Origin: Macrostomum lignano
Taxonomy: Eukaryota
Direction of reading: 5' to 3'
DNA: 64,000 bases
NCBI GenBank assembly: GCA_002269645.1
Contig: NIVC01000212.1
Coordinates: 186,001 to 250,000, forward strand
Each line of letters opens with the position of its first letter. Position 1 is the stretch's first letter. The notes under the pieces were generated by a model. The model did not search any database and was not told where the DNA came from. It saw nothing but the letters and a program-made list of their open reading frames with translations. Made by a program: the position numbers and the translations under genes. Shown piece by piece: positions 21,990 through 64,000 of the stretch.

Positions 21990-24382
21990 TCAGTCCCGAT
22001 TGGCTCGGCTGTTGCCGCCAGCAGCACCGCCAGCAGCCGCGGCGGGCCCGAGTGCCTGGCCCTCCCGTTTCACCAGGGTGAGCAGAGTCTGCGAGCTCTC
22101 CAGAATCTTACTGTAGGCAGCCTCAGTCTCAGCTATGGTCCGATCGTATTGAGCCCTGTGGGCGAGTTTCTTGCTCAGGCTTTCGTTCACTTTGGCCAAC
22201 TCGTCGCTCAACAATTTGAGATCGCGCTGAAGTTTTGTCTTCTCGGCCTCCTCCTTGTCGATCTCTTTTTGTAGCAGGTCCCGTCTGGAGCACAGTTCCT
22301 CAATGCCTGAGATGGGTTCAATAAATTATTGTTAAATCACTTGACAACAGTCCAAGAACTTTCTAGGTATAATAACAAAATAAATGCCTCAATATGAACA
22401 AGTATTCGCAAGTATATCATCTATGATTACTATAAAATATATTGGGACATAATTACTTTCGACTAAAGCTCTTAGCTTCTTGTGTTGTTTAAAATGGCAT
22501 CTAAACTGAAAAAATTTACCACAGTAAACATTTTTTGAGATTTGACTAAATCTAATTAACCTTTGTAGTTATTTTATAGAAATGAAATTCTATTGGTATA
22601 CACTATGTATATCAAAGATTAGAAGCTTGATTAAAATGTAAAACTAATAGAATAAATAAATAGGATATGAACATGTCTATATTTCTTTTAAATTTTTAAT
22701 TTGCAATAATTAAATTACTTTACTTACAGGGACTTTATGTTGATTGAAATATTTTTAAATGAAAATATATATAAAAATTGTTTTCTAAATAGCTTTTGAC
22801 TTTTTGGAATGGTTAAATGAAATAGTATTTGTGTAGAAATATTTCAACATTTCTGACAAACATCATTAATTTTGAAATGTGAACTTTAAAAATAAGATTT
22901 GCTTTTTAATCATTTTTTGATAATTTTATTTTTTTAATTACAAACAAGAATTAACTATAAATAAGGAGCAAAACTTATATATGAGCAACTGTGTTTGTGT
23001 TGGACCTTATCTACCTGCATGAAGTTGACTAATTTTTGCAAATCTAGCTCATTCTAGTTCAATGAGTTTGTTAATTAGAAAAGGAACAATGAAGATATAG
23101 ATATTAAAGACAATGCTGAAAAATATAAATAAGAAACAGGATCTAGATAGTCAAAGATGAAATATATACTAAAGGTATATTACAATATACTATGAGGGGC
23201 AACCCAAAAGTCCATTCAGTAACCTTATAGTAGTTCTAGAATCACACTGCTGTTGAACAACACTTGAATAACTGTGCTGAAAAGCTCATTCATGCAGTAA
23301 CAGCAATGGCTTACATTTAGATTTTTTAACTTAGGAAAAGATAAAAGTTGCAGGGACTTATAATAGTATCAGAAGAATATAGGACCTCTATTAAATGTGA
23401 CAGAGCAAGCAGTAGTCATAAAGTATGTTTTATTTAAGTTTTAGATGAAAATGTATAGTTTATTTTTATTAAATTGACTGCCGGTTTACAATCCAAAGGG
23501 GCAGTAGTTCTATAATGGTCAACTGCAATATATAATGAAGGGCCTTCAGTCTAGCATATAATAGATTGAGTTTGATTGGTCACAAGACCATGCTAGAGCC
23601 CATGCAGGAAAATGCAGCCAAAAATAGACAAAATTAATACACTTCAAAATAATTCATTTTGAGATACAATTAAAACAAACTTAAGTATTGATTACATTAG
23701 ATTTATATATATCAAGTTAATTAATCAATATTACATTTAAAAAATCACAAATGTTATGCTCAAATAATTCAAAGTATTTGAATGAATTTGACACCGTCAC
23801 ACTAGGTATAGCAATATTTCTCAGCTATAGTTCTCCAATAGCCCTATCAAATTTATAGCTATATGAGAATTTATATTGTCATGAAGCAGCATATGTGTTT
23901 TGTGTGCTTATCCCTTAAGTGAGCCTACAATTTGTAAACTGCTTGCTTAGTGAAGCAGTGGTGCAGCTAGGTGATGGCTCTGTATTTTGGTAAAGATGTG
24001 CTTGATCAACCCTGTGATTTTTTCAGGCTTTTGGCTAAGGGGGCAACTACTTCCCACCACTAGTTGCACCACTGCAGTGAAAGCATGTTACTAAAATGAC
24101 TTTGTGCATATATCAAATGTCTAATACAGAATAATAGAAACAGCCAGGGATAAAAAAGGTAACAAAAATTATGGAATAGATTCTTACTGCTTATTAAATA
24201 TTAGACTTTTATGTAAACCATACATGCATGATGCATATATTACTTTTTTGCTAATGACTATATCTCAACTAACAAAATACGATCAAACACACAGTATGGC
24301 CTTATTAAAGTTCAGTCTAGTATCACTTACATTTAACAAGCTCGTTGTTATACCCCTGAAGCGCAGCGCCTTGTTGTGTCAT
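21990..24382 (-). CDS. SSNA1: SSNA1 / NA14 / DIP13 coiled-coil centrosome and basal-body protein
   Basis: Exon 1 24382-24331 [17 protein letters not shown](C), phase-1 GT-AG intron, exon 2 22306-21990 IEELCSRRD...[22 protein letters not shown]. Confidence 0.97.
23956..24074. mobile_element. hAT-type MITE, 119 bp, in the SSNA1 intron
   Basis: Inverted ends CAGTGGTGCAGCTAG / CTAGTTGCACCACTG; 8-bp flanks TAGTGAAG / CAGTGAAA (6 of 8 match). Confidence 0.65.
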
Positions 24383-25108
24383 TTTCCGCTGAATATTAGT
24401 AAAAATTCAGATTTTTTAGGTTAGGTTACAGATAAGTCAAAGGCTTTAAAGTCAAATTATTGAAGTAAAATAGTAAACAATGATATTAAATACTCAAATA
24501 AGCAAAAACTAGAGTAAATACTCAACAGTCTAGCTAAGTGAATGACTATTTCGTACGGTTATAGTTTTAAGTTTCAACTACTAACTTTCTGAAGGGAATC
24601 TCATCCAAATCGAAATATTCAAAGACAAATATATTTGCCGACGCTATTTTTTTACTAATAAAAGTGCCCAATCCTTAATTTTTTTAACGATAAAAACATT
24701 ATGTACAAGAAAAACTTTAGTCAGTTGTTTTCTTGGCTAAAATATCTGTCGTTATAGCATACATTGTTTTACTTGTTGCTCCTATGTAAAGAGTAAAGCG
24801 CACTGTTTAACTTTATGATTTTCGTACCATTATTTTTTGGTCGATTCATAAATGGCTTCAAAGAGGATTCAGTTGCAGCAAACTCATTAGTCAATAAATC
24901 AAAGCTACAAAAATTTTATGAGCCTTAGGTTTCTAACCGTGTGGTGCATCAAACATACAGAATCATAAATTTGGCATATTTTAATTTATCAGCCTTTGAA
25001 AACTCGCCTTTTTGCTGGCTGAGTCTGCTAAAAAAGTCTAAATTTGTGTGGATTTACTTTTTACTCTATCTGGATGCGTAAATTGAGAATCAGAGCAATA
25101 CATGAAGC

Positions 25109-25337
25109 CAGTGGCGGCGCACGCGGGGCAGAGGGGGCTGCTCCCCCCGGGTGACCACCCTCCCATCCGCCATCCCTCGTGGAGTGACCCCCATAAATGT
25201 TTAGTACTAGCTCGTTATGTTTTTGTGAGATTTTCGCGTAATGTGCTGTATGCTCTAATTCTAAAAATTCGCTGGGGGAGGGAGTGACCACCCCACCACC
25301 GCCCCCTCCCCTAATCGGAGGTGCTGCGCCGTCACTG
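25109..25337. mobile_element. GC-rich hAT-like MITE between SSNA1 and DNHD1
   Basis: Inverted ends CAGTGGCGGCGCA / TGCGCCGTCACTG; GC island in AT-rich DNA; target duplication not preserved. Confidence 0.55.
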
Positions 25338-25876
25338 CTTATAAAGACATTTATTTTATTAGTTAATTCAAAATATGTTGTTAACTTTCTGTCTCAGTCA
25401 TAGGGTAAGGATGCTTAGTGAAGTTCTTAGGCCAGCAAGTATTGAATATAATGTGTGCTACGATGGAGTACTTATATCGTATCTGACAGCAAGTTCACAG
25501 CTTAAAGCAGCATTTATTAATGCAATGTAAAAAATATATTAAAAATATATTGATATGACAAAAGATAAGGTCTGTATCTTGATGGTCGACTCATATTTGG
25601 CATTAGTCTTTTAATAATTTATAATAATAATTAATTCAAAAATCACCGTGAAAAAAATTTAGTTATAGCTGTACTGTTGTAATACTCTTGTAATCTTGTG
25701 TTGCTTGATGAGCTAAAATTATAGGGTATTTAAACTAATTAATTTTTTCTTCTTTTTGTCAATTCGTCAATTTTATTTTCGTTTATTCAGTTAGAAAAGG
25801 TGTGAACCACTATAAACATTGCATGAATAGAAGCATTGCAAAGTTGTAAGCAGCTTAACTTTAAAGTTGTTACAGA

Positions 25877-56268
<30,392 letters not shown>

Positions 56269-56270
<2 letters not shown>

Positions 56271-56521
56271 TAAATATGCACCAATCGACCAATCAAGTTT
56301 GTGGCGAACTTCTCTACGCTTATCTGTAGTTAACTGTAGCCTTTGTAACTAAGTAAGCTGTGACTCATTGACCACCTGTGAGCTAAAAGCATGTTGTGAT
56401 TTTTTACTCCTTGATGATGAAGATGCTAAGAACCGTTTTAATAGCGGTCAATGTTGTTTCGATTCTACAAAATTAAATACATATCGGAGCTGGAATTGTC
56501 TCCATTCTTTTATTCAATAAA
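56269..56521 (+). terminator. Candidate poly(A) signals of the dynein gene (AATAAA at 56269 overlapping the stop, and at 56516)
   Basis: Canonical hexamers downstream of the last exon. Confidence 0.5.
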
Positions 56522-56594
56522 TACGAGTACCCCAGATCAGGCGAGCTGCCGCGCCTTTTGATTTTCAAAGCAAGTGTTTCTGCTGAATCAGACT

Positions 56595-58090
<1,496 letters not shown>

Positions 58091-58458
58091 GTCAGTTATC
58101 TGTGCATTCATAATTGCGTTATTCTCACAGAGAGCACCGCGGCAATTAACTAATTCTACATGCAATTATATAAATTTTTAAATTTTCCAAGCTTTTGTAA
58201 TGAGCCGTGCTACATGAATGTACTAAAAGAAATAATAATACTAAGCTAAAGACACTCAAAAGTCCCTGTTCTCGCACACCGAGACCAACTGTCTATGGCT
58301 AAAATCTCAGGACCCGAATTCGCAATTCTCGAGAGGTTTAAGGAGCTGGGCGGGGCCCTCAGCTGCTTAAGAGACAGATCTGCCTTTCGCTCGCTTACTC
58401 GGTGGTTTCTGCCTACTCGAGTCCAAGTTTCGGCAAACTGACAGAGTGGAAAAGCACC

Positions 58459-58926
58459 ATGCAGGCGATTCAATTAATAATTATTGCAAGCTTGCTGCTT
58501 AGCATGACCTCCATGGTTGCCGAGGCATGCCTGCCGCTCATCATCCCGGCGGTTGCCATGGCAGCTTCGGGCATTGGCGTCTTCGCCGCCGGCAGAAACG
58601 TCGGCTCCAAAAAGAACAAAGGTCACCCGCCGACAAAGAACATGGGCTGCTTCGCTGACAGTCCGAACAAGCGCGACATGAACGAGCTGGTGCACCAGAG
58701 CGGCAACATGACGCAGGTGCTGTGCACGGACTTCTGCCGCCAGGCCAGCACCACCTACATGGGCCTGCAGAACGGCGACCAGTGCTACTGCGCCAACGAA
58801 TACGGCAATTTCGCCGAAATTCCGACGTCGAAATGCGACAAACCGTGCGCCGGAAATCCCAAGGAGAACTGCGGAGGCTACCTGTCCAATTATGTAATTA
58901 AATTGGCGCCACTGGAAACTAGCTGA
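58459..58926 (+). CDS. Small secreted single-WSC-domain protein, intronless CDS, 155 aa
   Basis: Signal peptide MQAIQLIIIASLLLSMTSMVAEA; WSC motif MGCFAD...LCTDFC...YMGLQNGDQCYC...CDKPCAGNPKENCGG; AATAAA at 59052. Confidence 0.9.
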   Translation: MQAIQLIIIASLLLSMTSMVAEACLPLIIPAVAMAASGIGVFAAGRNVGSKKNKGHPPTKNMGCFADSPNKRDMNELVHQSGNMTQVLCTDFCRQASTTYMGLQNGDQCYCANEYGNFAEIPTSKCDKPCAGNPKENCGGYLSNYVIKLAPLETS

Positions 58927-59285
58927 ACAAAAATTATTTCCAAGAAAGCCAACTACTGTGTAACTACTGACTACTACTAACTAGTACTATATGAGGTTTT
59001 TTAGTGTCGCCTTCCTGTCTAGTTCAAGAAATTCAGTTTTGTCGAACGAGTAATAAACAAAATATTATTCTTAGCCTCAGAAGTTTGAACCCAACCCATC
59101 CTTACTTTTTTATTATTAAATATATTTATAAACTGACTTGCTTAGCTACCATCTCTTCATTTACTCTTTCTTGCTCAGTGTAGCATACAAAATGCGTTAT
59201 TTGCCTCTTGACTAAGATTTATTGGCTCTGAAGGCTAAAAATTGTGAAGTTTGTACTTTAACGTGCGCAATTTTTAGTCCTTCCT

Positions 59286-59475
59286 GTTGTCCATAGCAAC
59301 AAACTTAGTGACCCTAGCAACACTTCATTCCCCTAGCAACAAGCCTGGAGCCCCAAGTAATCTACCTAGAGGCCCTGGCAACAAACTTGGAAAGCATGGC
59401 AGCAACCATGGCGTCCCTAGCAACAAGACGAGGCGTATCAAAAGCATCAAACCTGCAAGCCCTAGCAAAAACACT
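59286..59475. promoter_or_regulatory. Cluster of RFX X-box-like sites
   Basis: GTTGTC-CAT-AGCAAC (59286), GTGACC-CT-AGCAAC (59308), plus near or half sites at ~59331, 59369, 59411, 59461. Confidence 0.4.
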
Positions 59476-59824
59476 TTCATCGCAGAATGCATCAGCGAGA
59501 TAGGGAAGAAAAATGTTTTTTTGTGCTCATAAAAAGTGTATTTAATGCTAGATTACAAATAGCTACATATGCATGCCAGCTCACAAAAACTCCTTTTCAA
59601 TATCGGAGTCCCTTAAAAACAGTAGCGTTGTGTCAGGATTCATTGCGCGGTGCTAAGTTATAACGCGCTCTAGGTAAGTAATTCAGGTAGCTATTGGCGG
59701 ACAATGACCAATTAAAAGCTAGGTGCTGAACTGCCACTTAAAATTTCGAATTCAATCGTTAATATTGTCTACTAGGTAGTCTAGATAATTTTAGAAAGAG
59801 TTTAACAACCTGCAGGCTGCAGGT

Positions 59825-62800
59825 TCACCCTTGTTTGAGCACCGGCTTCAGTGAAATCTCGAACGGGCACTTAACAAACAGTTGCCCGGCCTCAACCTTG
59901 CACTCGAATGTTTCTTGCTGAAATTCGAGAGAAGTTAAACAAAAACTGGGGTAGATTTTGAAGTCAGCTGATTAGAGCCGGAGGAATGAGGTGGCTGTCA
60001 GCTGATAAGAGCCGGAGGAATGAGGTGGCTGTCAGCTGATAAGAGCCGGAGGAATGGGGTGGCTGTCAGCTGATAAGAGCCGGAGGAATGAGGTGGCTGT
60101 CAGCTGATAAGAGCCGGAGGAATGGGGTGGCTGTCAGCTGATAAGAGCCGGAGGAATGAGGTGGCTGTCAGCTGATAAGAGCCGGAGGAATGGGGCGGCT
60201 GTCAGCTGATAAGAGCCGGAGGAATGAGGTGGCTGTCAGCTGATAAGAGCCGGAGGAATGGGGCGGCTTTCAGCTGATAAGAGCCGGAGGAATGAGGTGG
60301 CTGTCAGCTGATAAGAGCCGGAGGAATGAGGTGGCTGTCAGCTGATAAGAGCCGGAGGAATGGGGCGGCTGTCAGCTGATAAGAGCCGGAGGAATGGGGT
60401 GGCTGTCAGCTGATAAGAGCCGGAGGAATGAGGTGGCTGTCAGCTGATAAGAGCCGGAGGAATGAGGTGGCTGTCAGCTGATAAGAGCCGGAGGAATGGG
60501 GCGGCTTTCAGCTGATAAGAGCCGGAGGAATGAGGTGGCTGTCAGCTGATAAGAGCCGGAGGAATGAGGTGGCTGTCAGCTGATAAGAGCCGGAGGAGTG
60601 AGGTGGCTGTCAGTTGATAAGAGCCGAAGATGTTGATCAGGAATGTAGGAAAATTTTAGAAATTGTCAAAGTGAACTACTCATGCTACTAACCTGCAGAC
60701 CGTAAGTAGTTGAGCCGTCTTGCAGGCAGATAGCGTAGCCGTGCCATGGGCACACGATGGAGCACTTGCCTCTGTACTCTTCGATGTCTCCGTGGAATAG
60801 AGGGCCGCCTGTGTAAAAAAAATAGGAATTTTATCCGAGCAAAGTGTGACAGCATTTCGATCGAGTGGATTAGGTTTAAGAAGACTTATCTCCTAGTAGG
60901 ATCTAAAGATTTATGGGAAGCCAAAGACTCTGTGAGTTGATCCCTTCTGCTATTCATGAGAAAGTTTTTCCATTAAGGATATTGGCGTTGCAAGTTTACA
61001 GTGACCCGCCGCCACGTGACTCTTGAGCTAGAATCGGAGAAAAAAATTTTCCATGCTGCTATACTGATCTTGTGACACAGGATGTGACTCAATATGTGAC
61101 ACAGGATGTGAATCAATATGTGACACAGGATGTGAATCAATATGTGACACAGGATGTGAATCAATATTTGACACAGGATGTGAATCAATATGTGACACAG
61201 GATGTGAATCAATATGTGACACAGGATGTGAATCAATATGTGACACAGGATGTGAATCAATATTTGACACAGGGTGTGACTCAATATGTGACACAGGATG
61301 TGAATCAATATGTGACACAGGATGTGACTCAATATGTGACACAGGATGTGACTCAATATGTAACACAGGATGTGACACAGGATGTGACTCAATATGTGAC
61401 ACAGGATGTGACTCAATATGTAACACAGGATGTGACACGATGTGACTCAATATGTAACACAGGATGTGAATCAATATGTGAAACAGGATGTGAATCAATA
61501 TGTGAAACAGGATGTGACTCAATATGTGACACAGGATGTGACTCAATATTTGACACAGGATGTGACTCAATATGTGACACAGGATGTGAATCAATATGTG
61601 ACACAGGATGTGACTCAATATGTGACACAGGATGTGAATCAATATGTGACACAGGATGTGACTCAATATTTGACACAGGGTGTGACTCAATATGTGACAC
61701 AGGATGTGACACAGGATGGGACTCAAATGTGACGCAAACAATATGATTCAATATGTGACACAGGTGTGGCACAGGATGTGACTCAATATGTGACACAGGA
61801 TGTGACTCAATATGTGACACAGGATGTGACTCAATATGTGACACAGGATATGACTCAATATGTGACTCAATATGTGGCACAGGATGTGACTCAATATGTG
61901 ACACAGGATGTGAATCAATATGTGACAGGATATGACTCAATATGTGACACAGGATGTGACTCAATATGTGACACAGGATGTGACTTAATATGTGACATAA
62001 AATGATGCATGTGATCTAATATGTGACAGGTTTTGACACATGATAAGACTCAAAATGTAACACATATGACTCAATATGTGACGCAGAATGAGACATGATA
62101 TGTGACATAGGATATAGCACAATACACAACACAAAAGTACGCAATGCACCAACTCTGATGAGGGCACCAGGCGTTCATAGCGTAGAAATTGTTCTTGTAG
62201 TGCACCAGCACCAGATCGTTCGCCGTCTCCTTGGTGTACAGCCGTCTGCAACGGGTCGTTGCCAGCTCCTGGACAGGGCCGACCTTCTGCCAGAGTGTTG
62301 AGTCTTCGCCACCTGTTTTTGCGTTTCATAGACAATTTGTTGGGGATTTAATTGTGCTCTCTGCCGGGTCTGTGTAGCATCTGATCTGCTAGGACAGCCA
62401 GCTGATCTACTAGAACAGTCAGCTGATCTACTATAACAGTCAGCTGATCTACTAGAACAGTCAGCTGATCTACTAGAACAGCAGCTGATCTACTAGAACA
62501 GTAATCTGATCTACTAGAACAGTAATCTGATCTACTAGAACAGTAATCTGATCTACTAGAACAGTAATCTGATCTACTAGAACAGCAGCTGATCTGCTAG
62601 GACAGCCAGCTGATCTACTAGAACAGTCAGCTGATCTACTAGAACAGCAGCTGATCTACTAGAACAGTCAGCTGATCTACTAGAACAGTAATTTGATCTA
62701 CTAGAACAGTAATCTGATCTACTAGAACAGCAGCTGATCTACTAGAACAGTAATTTGATCTACTAGAACAGTAATCTGATCTACTAGAACAGTAATCTGA

Positions 62801-63232
62801 TCTACTAGAACAGCAGCTGATCTGCTAGAACAGTAATCTGATCTACTAGAACAGTAATCTGATCTACTAGAACAGCAGCTGATCTACTATAACAGTCAGC
62901 TGATCCGCTAGAACAGTCAGCTGATCTACTAGAACAGTAATCTGATCTACTAGAACAGTCAGCTGATCAGCTAGAACAGTCAGCTGATCTACTATAACAG
63001 TCAGCTGATCTACTAGAACAGTCAGCTGATCTACTATAACAGTCAGCTGATCTACTAGAACAGTCAGCTGATCTACTATAACAGTCAGCTGATCTACTAT
63101 AACAGTCAGCTGATCTACTATAACAGTCAGCTGATCTACTAGAACAGTCAGCTGATCTACTAGAACAGTCAGCTGATCTACTAGAATGTTATGCAATACT
63201 ATTTATAACAAAACAGACTCACCAGTAGACAT
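59825..63232 (-). CDS. RFESD: Rieske [2Fe-2S] domain protein, RFESD-like, 4 exons, 125 aa
   Basis: Exons 63232-63223, 62312-62154, 60808-60693, 59917-59825, phase-compatible GT-AG; both ligand boxes intact: FYAMNAWCPHQSGPLFHGDIEE...IVCPWHG. Confidence 0.85.
59965..60625. repeat. 34-bp array, RFESD intron 3
   Basis: GAGCCGGAGGAATGAGGTGGCTGTCAGCTGATAA. Confidence 0.96.
61072..62100. repeat. 24-bp array, RFESD intron 2
   Basis: GTGACACAGGATGTGACTCAATAT. Confidence 0.95.
62385..63185. repeat. 20-21-bp array, RFESD intron 1
   Basis: CAGCTGATCTACTAGAACAGT. Confidence 0.95.
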
Positions 63233-63699
63233 TCTTGAGCTCAATCAATAATTGATCGTAGAATAAATTTTTTTTTCAATCAACTATATAAAGCCACGAC
63301 TATTGCAGATTGCGGCAAGATCTATGCACAGCAATGCAATGCGAATAGGGGGGGGGGGCTAAGACTTAAGTAAGTTGCAGTTTGCTCACTGTGTAGGAGC
63401 GTAGGACCAAGTTGAGGTGGGATGGACGGCGCGAGGATGAGAGATAAGGGAGGTGGACGGGATTAGGGCAGTGCGTAGGACAGGACTCGAAAGGGTCTCT
63501 TCCCAGTCGCTTACCCTTTCAACACTCTAGTCAGGATTCGACGCAAGGGGGGGGGATGAGCTCGAAACGGAAACTGGGGAATTTTCGGGAATGAGTGTAC
63601 AGTACGCTGAAGCCCCATCGCCCATAGCAACTGACAGTACAGAATCTTGTCCAATTAGCTATAGCTCATAGGCATTTGTTGCTTGGTCTATCTAGGCTA

Positions 63700-63870
63700 G
63701 CAGTAGGCTCTAGCCAGACTGATTAGAGTGCAACTTGTGCACAGTTTGTAGCCGAGGTAGCTGAGGTCAGTGGTAAACTGTGAATTGTGAATCGCACGAC
63801 AACCCGCGTACGGAATCGAACCCCTGCACTCTGAGACGCGTTTAACCACTGGCTTACTCAGTCCGCTATT
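63700..63870 (-). mobile_element. tRNA-derived SINE head (right boundary approximate, left boundary not resolved)
   Basis: Minus strand: A-box-like TAAGCCAGTGG (63856-63846) and B box GGTTCGATTCC (63822-63812); no cloverleaf. Confidence 0.45.
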
Positions 63871-64000
63871 CAGCTGAGAGATGCAGGGCAGAGAAAACTG
63901 TTTGTCTATTCCATCTTGTTTACGCATAGATGCACTATAAAAATGTTTGCTTTTTTATAGCTTAGTCTAAATTAGTCGGTAGCAATTTTTGTCTCAAAGA

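Noticed and set aside
23190-23230. Mariner-like end TATGAGGGGCAACCCAAAAG
   Set aside because: No matching opposite inverted repeat found by eye.

Overview
Eukaryotic, intron-rich metazoan DNA. Dense intronic minisatellites and GC-rich exons suggest a flatworm such as Macrostomum; this is inference only. Splice sites and reading-frame phases were traced by hand and give eight genes: (1) a poorly resolved minus-strand gene at ~0.2-2.4 kb; (2) an 11-exon secreted protein with five tandem WSC domains (6528-15769, minus); (3) a divergent single-pass membrane protein whose tail is encoded by a 48-bp VNTR and ends in a PDZ-type ETRL motif (16398-18713); (4) UBXN10-like; (5) SSNA1; (6) a 37-exon, ~4863-aa DNHD1-like divergent dynein heavy chain (25877-56270); (7) a single-exon secreted WSC protein; (8) RFESD-like Rieske protein. 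There are also several MITEs, a LINE 3' fragment and a tRNA-derived SINE head. Highlights: the five-WSC gene still shows how it arose by head-to-tail gene fusion and has mosaic, variable modules; almost every intron longer than 250 bp holds its own minisatellite; reverse-complementary arrays bracket the dynein AAA1 exons; several arrays are built from splice-site sequences; one dynein intron appears to end in GG. No CRISPR, rRNA or intact tRNA was seen.
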